Positions 8,722 to 19,956 of a stretch of DNA of 64,000 nt are shown here, piece by piece (the stretch's first letter is position 1; each line of letters opens with the position of its first letter). A program made the translations under genes and the position numbers. The stretch lies in contig MU008186.1 of assembly GCA_010909165.1 (NCBI GenBank), positions 757,002 through 821,001 of the forward strand, read 5' to 3'. Origin of the DNA: Anthoceros angustus. Its lineage: Eukaryota > Plantae > Anthocerotophyta. A model generated the notes under the pieces. That model saw only the letters and a program-made list of their open reading frames with translations, made no database searches and had not been told where the DNA came from.

Positions 8722-11700
8722 TATTCGATGTATGTCATCCCGTTCCATTATCCAAGGATAATTCATCCGTCCTCCCAACCTCTTGTCTATATATGTCACA
8801 TTAGCTTCATGTGTGTATGTGGTGTCCATACATCCATATGCCTCCTTGGGTGGCGGGCGCCACATTCCCTTCCTCTTGCCCGCCACTTGTTAGCTCCAGC
8901 AGTTGGTCTGGACCCACCGCAATCCCCTTTTAGTAGTATTGCTCCGACCAGCTCCTTGTTGTCCATGTCGTCCCACACAATGCTGGCCCATGTTTTGCGC
9001 AACATGGTGCCTCCGCCGTTGACCGCTGCAGAAATTCCCGCCCACACTTGTGAGGCTGCAAAAGCGAGCTCGCGGGCACTACCCGTGCCATTACACTCGG
9101 CATCTTCTTTGTGAATCGGAACCTCGTCCATTCCTCCAGCGAGGTCCTCCCAACATCCATGTCCTCCATCGCATCCGGATCCCATATGGCATTTCCATGT
9201 GCTCCCAATCTCCACCCTTAAAATTGCCTCACAACCCCAGCGGCATCGGTTTGCCCGAGGCGTCGTATGCTTCCTTCCGGCAAAATTCTGTCACCGTGAC
9301 CAAGGTGCGGGCCGCCCGCAAAGCTTTAGTATCAAACGGACAGCATGAACAAGTGTAAAACTAACCGTGTCCGGCAAGGTATAGGCACAAACCATGTCTT
9401 TGAGTTCTCTCCACAGAAGTGCCGGACTCACGAATCGGGTCTGTCGATGTGCAAGGCATTTCGTGCCGTTAGGATAAAGCGCAAGATGGGAAGGCGTAAG
9501 CGAGATGGCAAACCGCGGAATGGCGCAGATTGTAGCCTCTTTCAAACCCGTGGTTCCGCCTCCGCATGCCGCCGGACAAAAGACCACCCGTTCGCGACTC
9601 CCGCCCGCGCCATGTGACCGAAATCACCAGCAAAGGAAACTTGTTCCCTTCGACTCCATCTCGACATGGCGGCCGGACCCTCCCTCCGCCTTGCCCGGCC
9701 GATGTTTTCAATTGATGGAATTGGAATAGTTTTGACACGGCAATTTATTGCCGCACATCCTTACATGCAGCGAGAAAACCGATGGACTCGCCACAATCGG
9801 TACCTCGACTGACCGCTTCCATTCCTGTTATCCCGCATGCCACCCGTTCTCATTCCAATTGCATGGGACGCATAGGGTGACAAGTGTTACGCTTCCTTTA
9901 CTCCTCTTCGTTACAACCGGCTTTGCAACGCGTGCCGGAAGGCAAGTTTCATACATGAATCTCATCGTTCACAATGCAATCGCAACAAAGCCATCGCCAA
10001 ACACGCCGTCGGCTTGCCCTTTCCATCTAAGAAAGGGCGTGTGATATTCATTCCAAGATTTCCTACTTCTTCCTCACATGAGGGCTGGTTACCAAGTACC
10101 GTGTCTCTATTCCAAAGAGGCGGGTGCATACCCGAGCTCCCCGCAATCGGTACTCCCCAATGACGCGTCATCCTCCATATGTGCACACATTCGCAAGAAT
10201 CGAATCACGAACCGCTTCGCAAGTTCCTCCGTGTTATCGGCATCTCTTTGTATTTTCGGGATGGCGTGGTTGTATGGCCGCGTGGGCGATCGATGCCTTC
10301 TCCTTCAAATTCACCTCCGCCCGATCGTGCGACCCTACGGACCTTCATCCTCGCCTCCACGGACAATGTCCTAGGGTATGGATGTGCGGGTTCGCACATC
10401 CTCCCGACGCCCTCCCTTGAACGCGCGCCACTTTTGGTGTCCGTTCACCATACCGCGCATCATAAAAGAGATGACTCGTTCGCATCTCCATCCATAGGCC
10501 CTCACCATTTATAGGCGGTCGTCCTTGGGTGTCGGGCATAATGCGAGCATTGTCCACGTTTAATTCGGATATTAATATATACCATTCTCCAAGGTCAAAT
10601 TTATGCGGCATCGTTGGTTTGCCAAGGATCATGTCGTTCGTGCCTACATATGTCACATATCGGTTCCTGCCTACATATGTCACATGACCACATGTCCGTA
10701 TGTGGAAAATGTCCATATTTTCCGCATGCATGCGGATTTATAGGCCGGTCGTCCTTGGGTGAGAATAATTAAGTACCATTAGTCGTGTATTAATACATTA
10801 TTGAATGTATTAATACACTATTCGATATGTCATCCGTTCCATTATCCAAGGATAATTCATCCGTCCTCCCAACCTCTTGTCTATATATGTCACATTAGCT
10901 TCATGTGTGTATGTGGTGTCCATACATCCATATGCGTCGTCCTTGGGTGGCGGGAATGAATAAGTACCGATGTCCGTGGGTTTTTCGATGTTTTGCTACA
11001 CACCATTATCGAAGGGTATATCCTCCCATCTTTCCGCCTATACATGGCACATGACCTTCATTGCGATATGTGGTACATGTCCATGTGTTCCATACATCAC
11101 CCTCACCATTCACTTGTTTTTGCAGACACACCTACATGCTTGTCGAGGCAATGGGCATTGCGGCGTGCATTGAACAAAATCTTTACCTGCTAACTTGATT
11201 CCCGCGCTTGTGCGGTGCGTGCCCGGCCTCGTGCTGTGCGCGCCGTGATGCGGCGCATTTCTATAATTCATCGATGGTTAGCCATTCCTCGGGGCCATTG
11301 TTCCAAACTGCGTGCACCGCTCGCGGCAAGCTTGTGTGTGGTGACCTCTTCACTTTCATGCGTTTCCGTCCTTCCGCGCCCGACCTTCCGCTCACCACCG
11401 TTTTGTGCACTTGCGAGCATCGGTGGAAAGTGTCTCGGCCGCACCCGATGCGCCGCGCAATAGGGATCCTTTTCGACGGAGATGGAGCATCATCCGCGGA
11501 CACGTGCACAGGCGTCGCCAGCCCTCGCGCCCGGCAATCGCGAAGAAGGAGCTCGCCAGGGGCTGACTGGAGTCGACAGCAGATGCCTTGGATGCTCGCA
11601 GGCGCGTGCAGGAGGTAGGGAGGTGTTTACTTGAAATCACACAGTGGATGGACTTGGTGCCGGCTCTCGATGTTTGGGCTTGGTTCGTGGATGAGCGCCA

Positions 11701-11949
11701 AACTTGGTGGGTCCTTCTTAAAGGCGTGGAGAGCAGCTGCGGACAAAGCCCGCCATAAATGACCGAGGTCGCCACCTTCGCATATCTGGATAGTTTTTGG
11801 AAAAGAAGGCGATGGCATAGAGCGAATTGTTGTTGACTTCCGAACATCCGACATCTCGGGAATAGTGCGAATTGTTATCGCATCTCTTGTTATTAGCCTA
11901 AAGGCGTAATTGAGCTTGTAAGGTCCATACATGCGGGGTAGTAGAGGTT

Positions 11950-14650
11950 TCGAGTTAGGGTTTCAATGGATCGTTTCACTTCCTATCCGAAAGCCGTCAC
12001 GTTGTCCATCACGCTTCCTCCTTCGTCCTCCCTCCACCCCCGTGCGGAGTGGGCACGGCTAATGCCCACCCCTCTCTCATCCATGCATGTAGAATACCGG
12101 GTCACTTGATTTGGCCATATGAATGGGTATCGACATCATCGCCCGATCATAATAGCGCCTAGTGAACACGGTGGAAACTCGGATCGTTTCTATCAACGAA
12201 GGAGATCTGCCGTGCGGATTGCACTCGAACCACTTCACCTTCGGGATGAGTGGTTCGTACCCCACGAGACCAGGATTTCTTGGACATGGCCATAGTAAGT
12301 CCGCTCCCTTCGTCCCCATGACGTGCGGGTGAACACACCATCACTGTCACTTTCGACTCTTTCTGCGGCGTCAGAAGGTGGCTTCCCTTGCATGCCATGT
12401 GCCTGTATGCCGTGGCCCAAAGGGACGGCCCGTCCATAACTGCAGCCACATCGTCAGTGAGATGGTGAATCTTCCCATCGGCCTGAATTTCTGCCAGCAT
12501 GGATCCATGCACGAAAAGATGGCTCCGTCGTTACTCCTTGTTCCACTTCCTCCTCGTACTGCTGCAAGAATGGGTCTAAGATTTGGATGTGGACCAAGAT
12601 GAAAGTGTGGACCTGGTGCAACTCCGTCGTAAACTTGTATGGGCGTCCCATGCCTAATGCCTTTCCTGTCGCATTCTTCATGAACTTATCGCTCCAAATA
12701 TGGGAGGGGAGGATAGTGTTCACTAAGGTACGACTTAGCATACTGACAAAGATTCCTCCCTCACATATCCCTCATATCGCCCTCGGGTTTGCTGCTGTCT
12801 AATAGTGTCCTTCCTCCCCAAATACCTCTCCACAGGATACATCCAGACACTTACGGGCCCAATGCCGCAACATCATCCACCAAGTGAATAATGAGATGCG
12901 TCGAAATATCAAACAAGTTGGGTGGAAATTCTCTTTTCCGGTGACACATGACCGATGCACTCTTGTTGCATTCTCCCAACCTCATGCCCCGGAATCCGGC
13001 GTTGGCATATCCAGATATAGTTTCTTGGCGTTCGCTTTGTATCGAGGGCTTGATTCGTCCCGTAAGACAATAGGAAATAAATCTCCATGACAACATGCCA
13101 ATCATGAGCTTTGAGGTTTCCCAGTTGCGGGCCTTGATTTGCAGCGATGTTTGATGCGTATCCGATTGGTAACGTATGGCTGCATCTCCGAAAACCATAT
13201 CCAAGTCCGGCTTGGATAAGACATACGAGCAAGAAGGTCTCCTATTCCTAGCAATGGCCATAGCTCATGCTTGCCCCGTATTCTTCCATGTCTAACGGGA
13301 TCGTAGATCATCTTTCTCTCCTATGAAGGTGCCACAAAGCCTCTGCATTGTTCTTCTCAATGTGCATAACATCCCCTTTGTGTCCACCTCGGCATGTGTC
13401 TCCAATACGGAGTAATCAAACCATAAGCTTTTTTGGTGCCAAACTTGCCTCTCCCTCAACTCCCTGTTGCATTATCTCTCTTTTCCATATCCGCCATTAG
13501 CGCGTCAAGCGAGGGGATTGGGACGAGGCCGCTCCACTTCATTGTTGTACCGGTCCATGTCTACCCGCCGCATGGGATGATTGGGCGGAAGCCACCGCCG
13601 AGCCAAGGTACTCCTCCTTCGCACGTGGTGGCCCAGAGTCTAAGCCATCCCAACATTCCGCACATGCCCTTGAACCCTTCACTGGCCGTGGAGTGTGCCA
13701 ATGCCGGATAATCAGCTATGGTGTGCAAAGCATTGCTGCCGTGAAGCGCGCCGTCACTGTCCGGGGAAAAGAAGTCGTCCATGGGTATCCCATGCCACGG
13801 GTCTCTCAACTCCTCCAAAAGAGGTTCCATGTAAACATCAAAGTTCGGCACAATGTGAGGGCCGGCACAATAAGCGGCATGATGGTATAAGCGGATTTCG
13901 TGCTTAGCCATGGTGGAAGGTTGTGTAAGAATAGCATAACAGCCATATAGATGTAGTTGTGGACTTGTGTCCAAATGGGTTAAACCGTCCGTTGCAAGAG
14001 CGAGACGGATGTTTGGGTTCCGAGCCAAAGCCATCCAATCCATCTAAAACCTCCCATGCCGGGTGTGTATGCCCATGGACCCATCGTGCTCCGCAGATCC
14101 ATGTCCATTAGCCTTGCGATTATGCGGTGCTCTAAACATGCGGGCCTATCCTTGACGGAAAGTGCCAGAACTTTCACAGGAGCTCTCCTAGCGCTTTGGC
14201 GATCCACGCCCTCGACATCTGTCTGCGAGCATTTAATGCATTCGCGTGGTCCGCATAGGGGCAGCGACATGATCATTTACGGGCATGAATTTTCTTGAAG
14301 TGCGGCCGAAGGAGTACAATGTCTTTTAGCCTCCGTCATCGACTTGGCGGAGAATTCCTCTCGGGCAACAAATGCAGCCCAACAACACCGCAATAAATCG
14401 ACATCGACGTCGGTATGCCATAACGAGTTTGAATGGAAAGCAAGAGCGGGGTTGCGATTAAGCGGGACTCTTTCGAGGTGCAAGGTTGCGATGGTGAACA
14501 AGGGCATTCGCGATCCGGGCATATGCTCTCTCCTTGCGAATGCGTCGGGAACACCGGTAGTTCATCCAAGTCCGCATCTCCTCCGTCGGCATGAAGGTCC
14601 GCCGCGTCAGTCCGCGCGTCCGCATCGATGTCCACTAGCGTCCGCATCAA
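11950..14650 (-). pseudogene. CACTA TnpD-like transposase (tnp2/Transposase_21 core, DUF4218-like and DUF4216-like regions), frameshifted
   Basis: NIRLALATDG...FDVYMEPLLEELRDPWHG...LHTIADYPA (13561-14043); EFPPNLFDISTHLIIHLVDDVAALGP (12851-); KWFECNP...DPVFYM (12077-12319). Confidence 0.88.
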
Positions 14651-17422
14651 GGTCCGCAGCATGTCCTCTCTTTCACAACCATACACCGTCAACTGCTCTG
14701 TATCCGCCCGTGGTGGTCGGGTTCACCACTCGCATTTGCGGTGGGCGGGCGGCAGCGGCGTGGCGAGCACGCCGGAATATCGGCTGGCCCCATAGTGCAG
14801 TGGAAGGCGGGTGGCCATTGCCAACTTCATGAGAATGGGCATCGGCTGCGGGCGAACTCAATGCGGGCATGAGGGTCGAGGCGGATCATCGTTCGCATCC
14901 ACGAAGAGCTGTAAAAACATCAGTACACACCTGAACCAAGACCGGATTGTTTCTTTGGCGGTCGAGCGAAATGTCGCGAATTTTAATGGTGCTTCACTGC
15001 TTCGGGCATGGGCGGTGCATATACGTTGTGAACTCCGGATCCGGCGTCGGACCATTGTGCCGCGAGGATTGACAAGGAGGCGTGCTTCTTTCGCCGTGTC
15101 GCGAGGAAGGCGAGGGTGAGAATGAAGTGGCGATGGTGAGTATTTGTCGCCGATGGCGGCGCGGCGTGAGGGCCGTTGTGAACTCTCCAAGCGGCAAGTG
15201 CTTTATGGCGAAAACTCATGCCCGTCGGAAATGTGCGGTACTAAATGTGCTTACGCTACCCGGTGCGCGGACAACCACCATCCTGCGAGGAAGCGATATC
15301 CGGTGCTCCGGTGGTAAGTGTTCTCCACAATTCCTGCGTCGTTTCTTCCATATCGATAGGGAAGAGGCGGTGTGGTCGGAATCCGGTGTGCGGTTTTCTC
15401 AGCCCGATGCCTTTGCTCCGCCGCCATCGCGCTGCGCCATGGAAGAAACGAGAGAGCTTACTTCCGGACATGTCCCGGCCATTACGTACACACACAGCAT
15501 GGAGCGGTGGTGTCCTTAGCAATGGCCGCCAATAGAATACCGTTTAGCATGGAGGCGGCATGGAGGCGGAGCGTCTGAAGGAGTTATGACACCGAGAGCG
15601 GCCAGCTCGCACCACGGGCGAAGGGGATGAAGTGCTGCCCCTCCGATTTGGGCGCGGACCTCGGGCCCGTGGAAGGTGAGGAGAAGGTGTATGTCCTGGG
15701 CCTACCGATTTGGGAGTGAAGACACCGTGTGGGAAGCGGGAGATGGCAAGTGGGTGGTCCAGTCATGGAGGCATCGGGGTTGCAAATGCATCATCGTTTT
15801 TTGCAGCAAGGCAAGCTTGGAAGGCGATGGTCCGTTGCGATCGCCATCCGGAGATGGTGGGGAAAGGCGGATGTGTGGGCGCATGCTCGGAAAGGTTGGG
15901 TGTGGGCTTTACAGCGGCGAAGAGCTCGCTATATTTGGCGATCCGAACCGAGGCAAGCATGGCGGGACAATATCATTGTCACGAGGTTTGAGACTCAAGG
16001 AGAGAATGTATTGCGATGCGATGGTAGGGACCAACAAGTTTGGCGTTCTTGTAGTGAAGGTGGCCCAATTTGGTGAAAATATGTCGACACCAAACAAGGC
16101 ACAATGGATTTGTGGGAACTTGCGGACATCTTTGCAAGAAGAGGCTCAATATCACAAGTGGATGTGGGGCCGGCATATCTATGTGCGGAAAGGGCCCTCA
16201 ATGGGATGAGCGTCGGTACACCGCTGCGGGCAGGGGCGAGTATGCGATCCATGCTCACATCCCCTTGAGCATGTGGTATAGTGACGCTTATGAAGCAACA
16301 AGTGGGCGGTGCAAACTTCCACAGTTTCGAACCAGTTACATTCACTAGCGGTGGAGAGCGGTTTGCAGTTGCAGATTTCATGTGCAATGACGAAGGGCAT
16401 TTCCGACTTCTAGAGGCGAAATGATAGTCGAGCGTGCTACACCTTGGCTGGAGGGATCTTGTATGGGCTCCTCGGTCGATCGCATGCACTGTTAGAATAA
16501 AGTGTCTTTCCGATCCCGTGAGCGTGGAGGTTTTTGAAGGCGAGTTTCTTGGGGCAGTTCATGAAACTTGGTGTCGATGTATGCCTGTCGCTAGGGAATG
16601 TCATGTTCCATGATCTTGATTGTGCAGTGTTTTGCAAGAGGCACAATTCATTGCGCTCCACTAGCTAGCAACCAACTGCGGCGTTGTTTGTCGTGTGGAG
16701 ATCCCAAGTGTTCATCGCCGATGTTGCGGTGTTTGTAGGATCGACCCTCTCCCGATGCCATTCGAGTCCCAAATTTCAAGGCCACGCCTCTGGAAATCCC
16801 TTGGGGACACGGGATGAAAACCATCCGACACGAGCTTGGACTTCACAAAGGTAATGCAAAAGCGGCATCCCAAGGCTGGTCGATCCACCCAGCGCTTGTC
16901 GCGTAGTCGCGCATTGAGTCCGCGGTCACGCCCTCTTCGCCTCGTCAAATCGTTTGCCCGCTTGGAAGTACCCACAACTCACCCTAGCATGGGCATTCTG
17001 GACATACCGACTTACATGGCGTGGCCTGGGCGGCCGTCCGGACGATCGTGCGCCCTTTATGGCCATCGCTCCATTTCCTCCATGGCACCTGCATGTCGTC
17101 GCCCTATCTGGGGTATGGAATGGTAGAGGCGGACACGACGACGCCATCGATGTGAGCCACTTAAAAACGCGTACAAGCGGGAGGCGGAACTCCGGTTCGA
17201 CACACGCGCATCGTGTGGAGCCCGCGACGGACTCTTTAAACCGAGACGAACGAATATTGTATTATAAGGGGCTGCGAAAGGCGGGGAGGCGGGTAATAGG
17301 AACACAATGCACCCGCAGGAAGGAATAGTGTTACAAGCGGTGTAACAAATGCAGGCTTGTATGCAAAGCATGCAGAAACAAGAAATGTAACGTTCTAGAG
17401 GGCGTATCGAGCAGGTCACAAC

Positions 17423-17453
17423 CCGTAACATGGGCACCATGTTTCTAGTAGTG
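17423..17453 (-). repeat. CACTA right terminal inverted repeat
   Basis: Ends in TAGTG and is followed by the TSD CTC. Confidence 0.85.
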
Positions 17454-17749
17454 CTCCCTGCCCTTGGCGCCTCGAATCGGTGATTCCTTGCCTCGAATTT
17501 CCTAGCGGGGTCAGTCTTCGAGGGTTCCTACCTCCTCAACCAACGCGCCGCCGCCACTAGCGCCGCCCTCCTTCAGCGTCGCGAGCCCGCGCCCTCGCTA
17601 GTGAGGATTTTAAGCTGCCTCCCTCCGTGGGTGCGCCTCGCGCCCTCCTTCCTATCGCGGTGCTCCTCCAGTCGCAGCTCCTCGACGCCTAGCTCACTCC
17701 AGCCGCTTCACGCTCCACTCCTCGACGCTATATTTGCTCCGGCCGCCGT

Positions 17750-18225
17750 TGCGCCTCCGTTTGAATGAGTTTACAGCCGGTACCCTTCCCAGGTTCTCTT
17801 AGGGTTGATTCCACTTCCCCACCAGTTCCCACGACTACTTCTCCTTGACGGCCGTTCTCGGCATACCCCCACACACCTCGATCCCAACCTCACACATGAT
17901 AGGCCTACCAGTTGGATCGACCTCTAACCTATGGACTTAGCAACCTCTACCAAATATGAGGACCCCCCCCTCCTCACATATATAGACTTTCTATTAGATA
18001 TTCCGAGGACAAAGGCCAAGGAATATCGAGTTTACGGTCCAAGGACCATTTATTCTTTAACCTAGGAAACAACCCATCCCCCATAAGCCAAGGACATTTT
18101 CAAGTACAAATATCCCTTCTTACTGACAACCTGACTCACTTTAACACCACACTTAACAAAAAAACAAAAAAAATCACTCAAAGACACAATCCAACAGGGA
18201 GTTTTTGAATCCAAATCGTTTACAC
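17750..18225 (-). promoter_or_regulatory. Spacer S3 (copy of S1/S2), original promoter of cassette C
   Basis: catatatagacttt at 17977-17990, A-tracts at 18156-18173, same block order as S1 and S2. Confidence 0.6.
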
Positions 18226-18463
18226 CATGCCTTGAGGTTGGCCCCCGCGAGGGACCGGGTGCACCATGAAGGACGCTATGCGTGGAGCCCCTGTCTCTTG
18301 AGGTGCCGCGGTGGCCCCTCCGGCCTAGGTTTATTTCATAGCGGCGGGGATGCCCTCCCCCTAGCCTATCTTATACACGGCTCGCTGTCTACCCGCCTCC
18401 ACTACACAACCCGCCCCCATTGGTTGCCAACATTGCTTCCCTCGACGCACCTCAGACGAAAAG

Positions 18464-18761
18464 TGTTCTGAAGAGGTTAAGGGCTCTCCATGTCCACACT
18501 GTGCACTAGGAACAAGTCATAAACTTAAGCATTAAGTGCAGGTCAATTAAATAATAAACGATTAAATAATTACATCTTGTCAAGGAAGCTACTCGTATAT
18601 ATGTTCTTGTAAGTCCAACTTAAGTTATTATGAAAAGGTGTGCCTATTGATGAAACGACGTAACCCTAATGAAAGGGTAACCTGCTGACTTTAAACATTA
18701 ATTAATCTATTTCTTAATATGCTGATAACACACCTAATCTAACCACTCTTAGGTTTTATCA
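18464..18761 (-). repeat. Putative 3' LTR of copia element 1
   Basis: On minus it begins TGATAAAACC directly after the purine-rich CAAGTGGGAG (18762-18771), is AT-rich, contains TATATA, and probably ends ...GAACA. The distal boundary is uncertain because no 5' LTR is available for comparison. Confidence 0.55.
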
Positions 18762-19028
18762 CTCCCACTTGTTGAAGCATGTTAAGAACAGAACAGTCTC
18801 CTGAAGGTCTTCTCGTGACAGTCTCTTCAGCTCCCGTCTTGAAGGCGGCGCACATGTAACACTCAACTACGCCCCACGTCCATTACGCTCCACTCCAGTC
18901 CTTGATAAACAATGGACTTTGACGGCATGGAACCGTATCCTGTGAGGTGCGCCCCGTTTGTAGGCATCTTATATGCCTTCATTCTTGTGATAAGGCTCAA
19001 GATTGAACGCCGCTTGCTAGAGCTCACC

Positions 19029-19933
19029 ATGTCGCCCTTTTCAGACGAAAATTCTCCCAGGCGGCGGCTTAGAGCCTATGTGCGCGATAGCCAAGGCCGA
19101 TTCACCAGAAGAGCTCGGACACCTGTCAGCGATGCTAACAATGAGATTGTGCTGTGGCGCGCGGTGATTGGTGAGGCGCCCAAGAGGAAGGCCGCGAGGC
19201 AGAGGAAGAAGTCCGGCGCGGGGAAGAGGAAGAGCGATTCGTATGCCTCCAGCTTATGCCCGCCCTTCTTCACTAACTCAAGATCACCAACACCCATCAC
19301 AGTCGCGAGCCTGAGTGTGAATACCAGGATCATGAGGCTCTGCCAAGGAAACCCTCGATGTTTCCAGACACTGAAGACTATCTGGAGGAGACTAGAATTG
19401 TCACCCTTGGCAGCATTACTAATCCTAGATCACCTGTTTGGTACAAATGCACAAACAGCCGCCTTGTGATGAAGAGGGTTTGTGTCCAGGCTTGCCAAGA
19501 ATATCCAAATCATGTTGTCAGCCATTATCGTAAGTTGATCACACCCTTTGATTTATGCTGCCACCATCTGTAGCAGATTGCTGCCCTAACTCCCACTTAC
19601 TGCTGAAACTGTGAATGTTGTGTTGACATAGGTTCTGAAATAAGACTGCGTGAGGAAGAGAGGTTGAGAACTGAGGCACGCATCAGAGAGGAAGAGCAAC
19701 TGTCCTATGAGGACAGGAAGAAACGAAACAGTTCAAGTTCCTCTGAAGATGCCTCCAACTCTCAGTCCATTGAATCTAGGTTGCTTGATTCTGACAGCGA
19801 AGAAGCGTCCTCCCACGAGTCAGAATCACAGCACTCTGATCCTGAAAGTAAAGAAATAAATTCCCCAAGGACTCCAGATTCCATCAACTATCCAACAAGC
19901 AACCATTCAAACTCCAACAACAGCTGGGATTAG
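19029..19933 (+). CDS. Predicted three-exon gene antisense to copia pol (exons 19029-19240, 19303-19529, 19632-19933; 246 aa, unknown function)
   Basis: Intron 1 GTATGC..CACTAAC..CACAG (19241-19302, 62 nt) and intron 2 GTAAGT..CCCTAAC..CATAG (19530-19631, 102 nt). Both splices join three separate ORF-track frames into one stop-free frame ending at TAG 19933. Start context is CACCATG. Confidence 0.75.
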
Positions 19934-19956
19934 GCATAGCTTGTTGTTTCCTTTTG

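Larger units (their letters stand above)
7040..8830. repeat. Internal duplicated block of the CACTA (copy 1; copy 2 at ~9690-10940)
   Basis: 7075-7410 matches 9700-10025, and 8180-8820 matches 10290-10930. Confidence 0.85.
6840..17453 (-). mobile_element. CACTA (En/Spm) DNA transposon, both ends present
   Basis: Left end CACTACTAAGCGAGGTGTCCATGTTATGG. Right end (reverse complement) CACTACTAGAAACATGGTGCCCATGTTACGG. 3-bp TSD CTC at 6837-6839 and 17454-17456. Removing the element restores a continuous cassette C leader. Contains a tnp2-type transposase. Confidence 0.92.

Noticed and set aside
8930-9120. MARVVPASS as a hAT dimerisation motif
   Set aside because: The resemblance depends on switching frames, and the WW and ERxFS signatures are missing.
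18912-19469. Unspliced 185-aa ORF as the gene product
   Set aside because: It reads through the first predicted intron and shifts out of the exon 2 frame. The spliced model explains three ORF fragments at once. Kept only as a possible intron-retention isoform.
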